From Mobula birostris (taxonomy: Eukaryota): 64,000 nucleotides of DNA. A program made the position numbers and the translations under genes. The notes beneath the pieces are model-generated. The model saw only the letters and a program-made list of their open reading frames with translations. It had not been told where the DNA came from and did no database searches. Every line of letters starts with the position of its first letter. Position 1 is the first letter of the stretch. Positions 62,640-64,000 of this stretch are shown here, one piece after another. The stretch lies in NCBI RefSeq assembly GCF_030028105.1, contig NC_092379.1, positions 46,486,150-46,550,149 on the forward strand. The letters run 5' to 3'.

Positions 62640-63475
62640 TATGGGAAGGAGCTCGAACACCATCTGACTCCAATTTACCTGGGCGTGACACTGGACGCTC
62701 TCATTTGCTACCCACATCCAAAAACTCCAAGGAAAAGTTAGCTCTCGCAATTCTCTCTTGCAAAAAGTAGTAAGCACAAAATGGGGAGCTAATGCTCACA
62801 CACTGAGGTCAACTGCCCTCGCACTCTGCTATGAGCCTGCAGAATACTGTACCCCTTTGTGGGGCAGATCAGCCTATGCAAAGGAAATAGACCCGTTGCT
62901 TAACGAAGCCTGCCGGATAATTACAGACATACTGCACCCCACTCCCACTAACACCATTTAAAGACTTGCAGGGATTGCTCCCCCAGAGATCCGAAGACAT
63001 ACTACAACGAAATTGAAAAAGGTAAACAAATCCACGCACCCACTACATCATCATGTGCCAGTTTCCAACCGCCTAGAGTCGAGGAAAAGCTTTGCTACAG
63101 TGGAGGAACTACCGCACGGAACATCCCCCCTATATACAGGATTGACCTCTGGTAACAAACAGAAGCCAGATCCCCACCAAACAATACAGTGCAAGACCCC
63201 ACAGAAATGTTACCAGACAGGGCACTGCTTGACAGACAGAAGTGATGCACTATCAACAGAGCTAGAGCACGAGTTTGTAGGGCGGGAGACAATATGGTGA
63301 AGTGGGGTTTAAAGACCAGTGAATCCTGTGAGCATGGCGAAAGGGTGCAGAACATTGAACACGTTCTGGGCAACTGCCCACTCTCACCTGATTTAGCTGA
63401 TACTGACCTACTCAACATGAACCAAACAACACTAGAGTGGCTGGCTGTCTGGTGTGACAAGCTATGATGATGACC
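62640..63475 (+). mobile_element. I-group (Ingi/Vingi-like) LINE 3' fragment
   Basis: YLGVTLD...STKWGANAHTLRSTALALCY..AEYC.PLWGRS...LNEACRIIT; C-terminal CEHGERVQNIEHVLGNCP finger; (TGA)n tail at ~63465. Confidence 0.55.
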
Positions 63476-64000
63476 TCATTAATTAGATTCCTTGCATTCA
63501 AATAGAAGAAAATGAGCTTTGCATTCTTTCTCCTCTTCATTTATCCACCACCTCTGCCAACAGGTGTACTGCACTTCTTCACCTTCAGATGAATCTGCAC
63601 GTCCACCCATTTCTCTGCGATTATCCTTACTAGATGGTTACAAGTTCATCCACGATTTACGAGATGGTTTTGAACTTTTAAGATCAGCCTCAATTTGTCA
63701 AGATGAAAATAGAAGGTGCTCGGCAGTTTCCTGCTAACAGAATTGAGACAGCAGGATGTGATACAGTTGGGCAATATTAGCATGTATAATTTGATAGAAA
63801 AAGACAACAGGGAACTGAGAGGAAAATATGCTTGCTGGAAATGACGGTGAGTTTCATGGGGTTGTAATTCTGGAACGTTAGATTTCTCCCTTCTCCCCCC
63901 CCCCCCCCAGTGAGTTAAAGACAAGTGGCACTGACATCAAATTAGACGTTCTTGTCCTCTTGAGACGAAGAAAGTCCATGGCAATCCGGCACATTGTATG

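Noticed and set aside
1-64000. tRNA/rRNA genes and the remaining short ORFs in the track
   Set aside because: No cloverleaf or rRNA sequence recognised (only tRNA-derived SINE heads). The other ORFs fall in repeats or lack homology and splice support.

Overview
Vertebrate genomic DNA from an elasmobranch; the repeat families suggest a ray (inference). The main feature is one germline, unrearranged IgNAR (shark/ray heavy-chain-only antibody) cluster on the + strand. It comprises an octamer/TATA promoter (~21.6 kb), leader exon, VNAR exon, two D segments and one J (21.7-23.3 kb), and constant exons C1, C2 and C3 (34.8-38.5 kb). It departs from the nurse-shark model in several ways: only two D segments, with an IgM-type RSS layout; a non-classical set of germline cysteines in V, D and J; three N-glycosylation sequons in V/J; loss of the B-strand canonical Cys of C2; and no recognisable C4, C5 or secretory tail in the remaining 25.5 kb, only a possible decayed transmembrane exon near 45.4-45.8 kb. 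Most other sequence is mobile DNA: CR1 (HER1-type) and Rex1/Babar-type LINEs, V-SINEs, Penelope-like fragments with minimal hammerhead ribozymes, two decayed Gypsy elements, a Chapaev3-type transposon, a retroviral integrase relic, solo LTRs and a Vingi-like LINE. There is also a 6.35-kb tandem array of four LTRs separated by 144-162-bp internal spacers that retain a self-priming (Tf1/sushi-type) primer site and a PPT. All identifications come from reading and recalled motifs; no database searches were run. Repeat boundaries are approximate unless stated otherwise.
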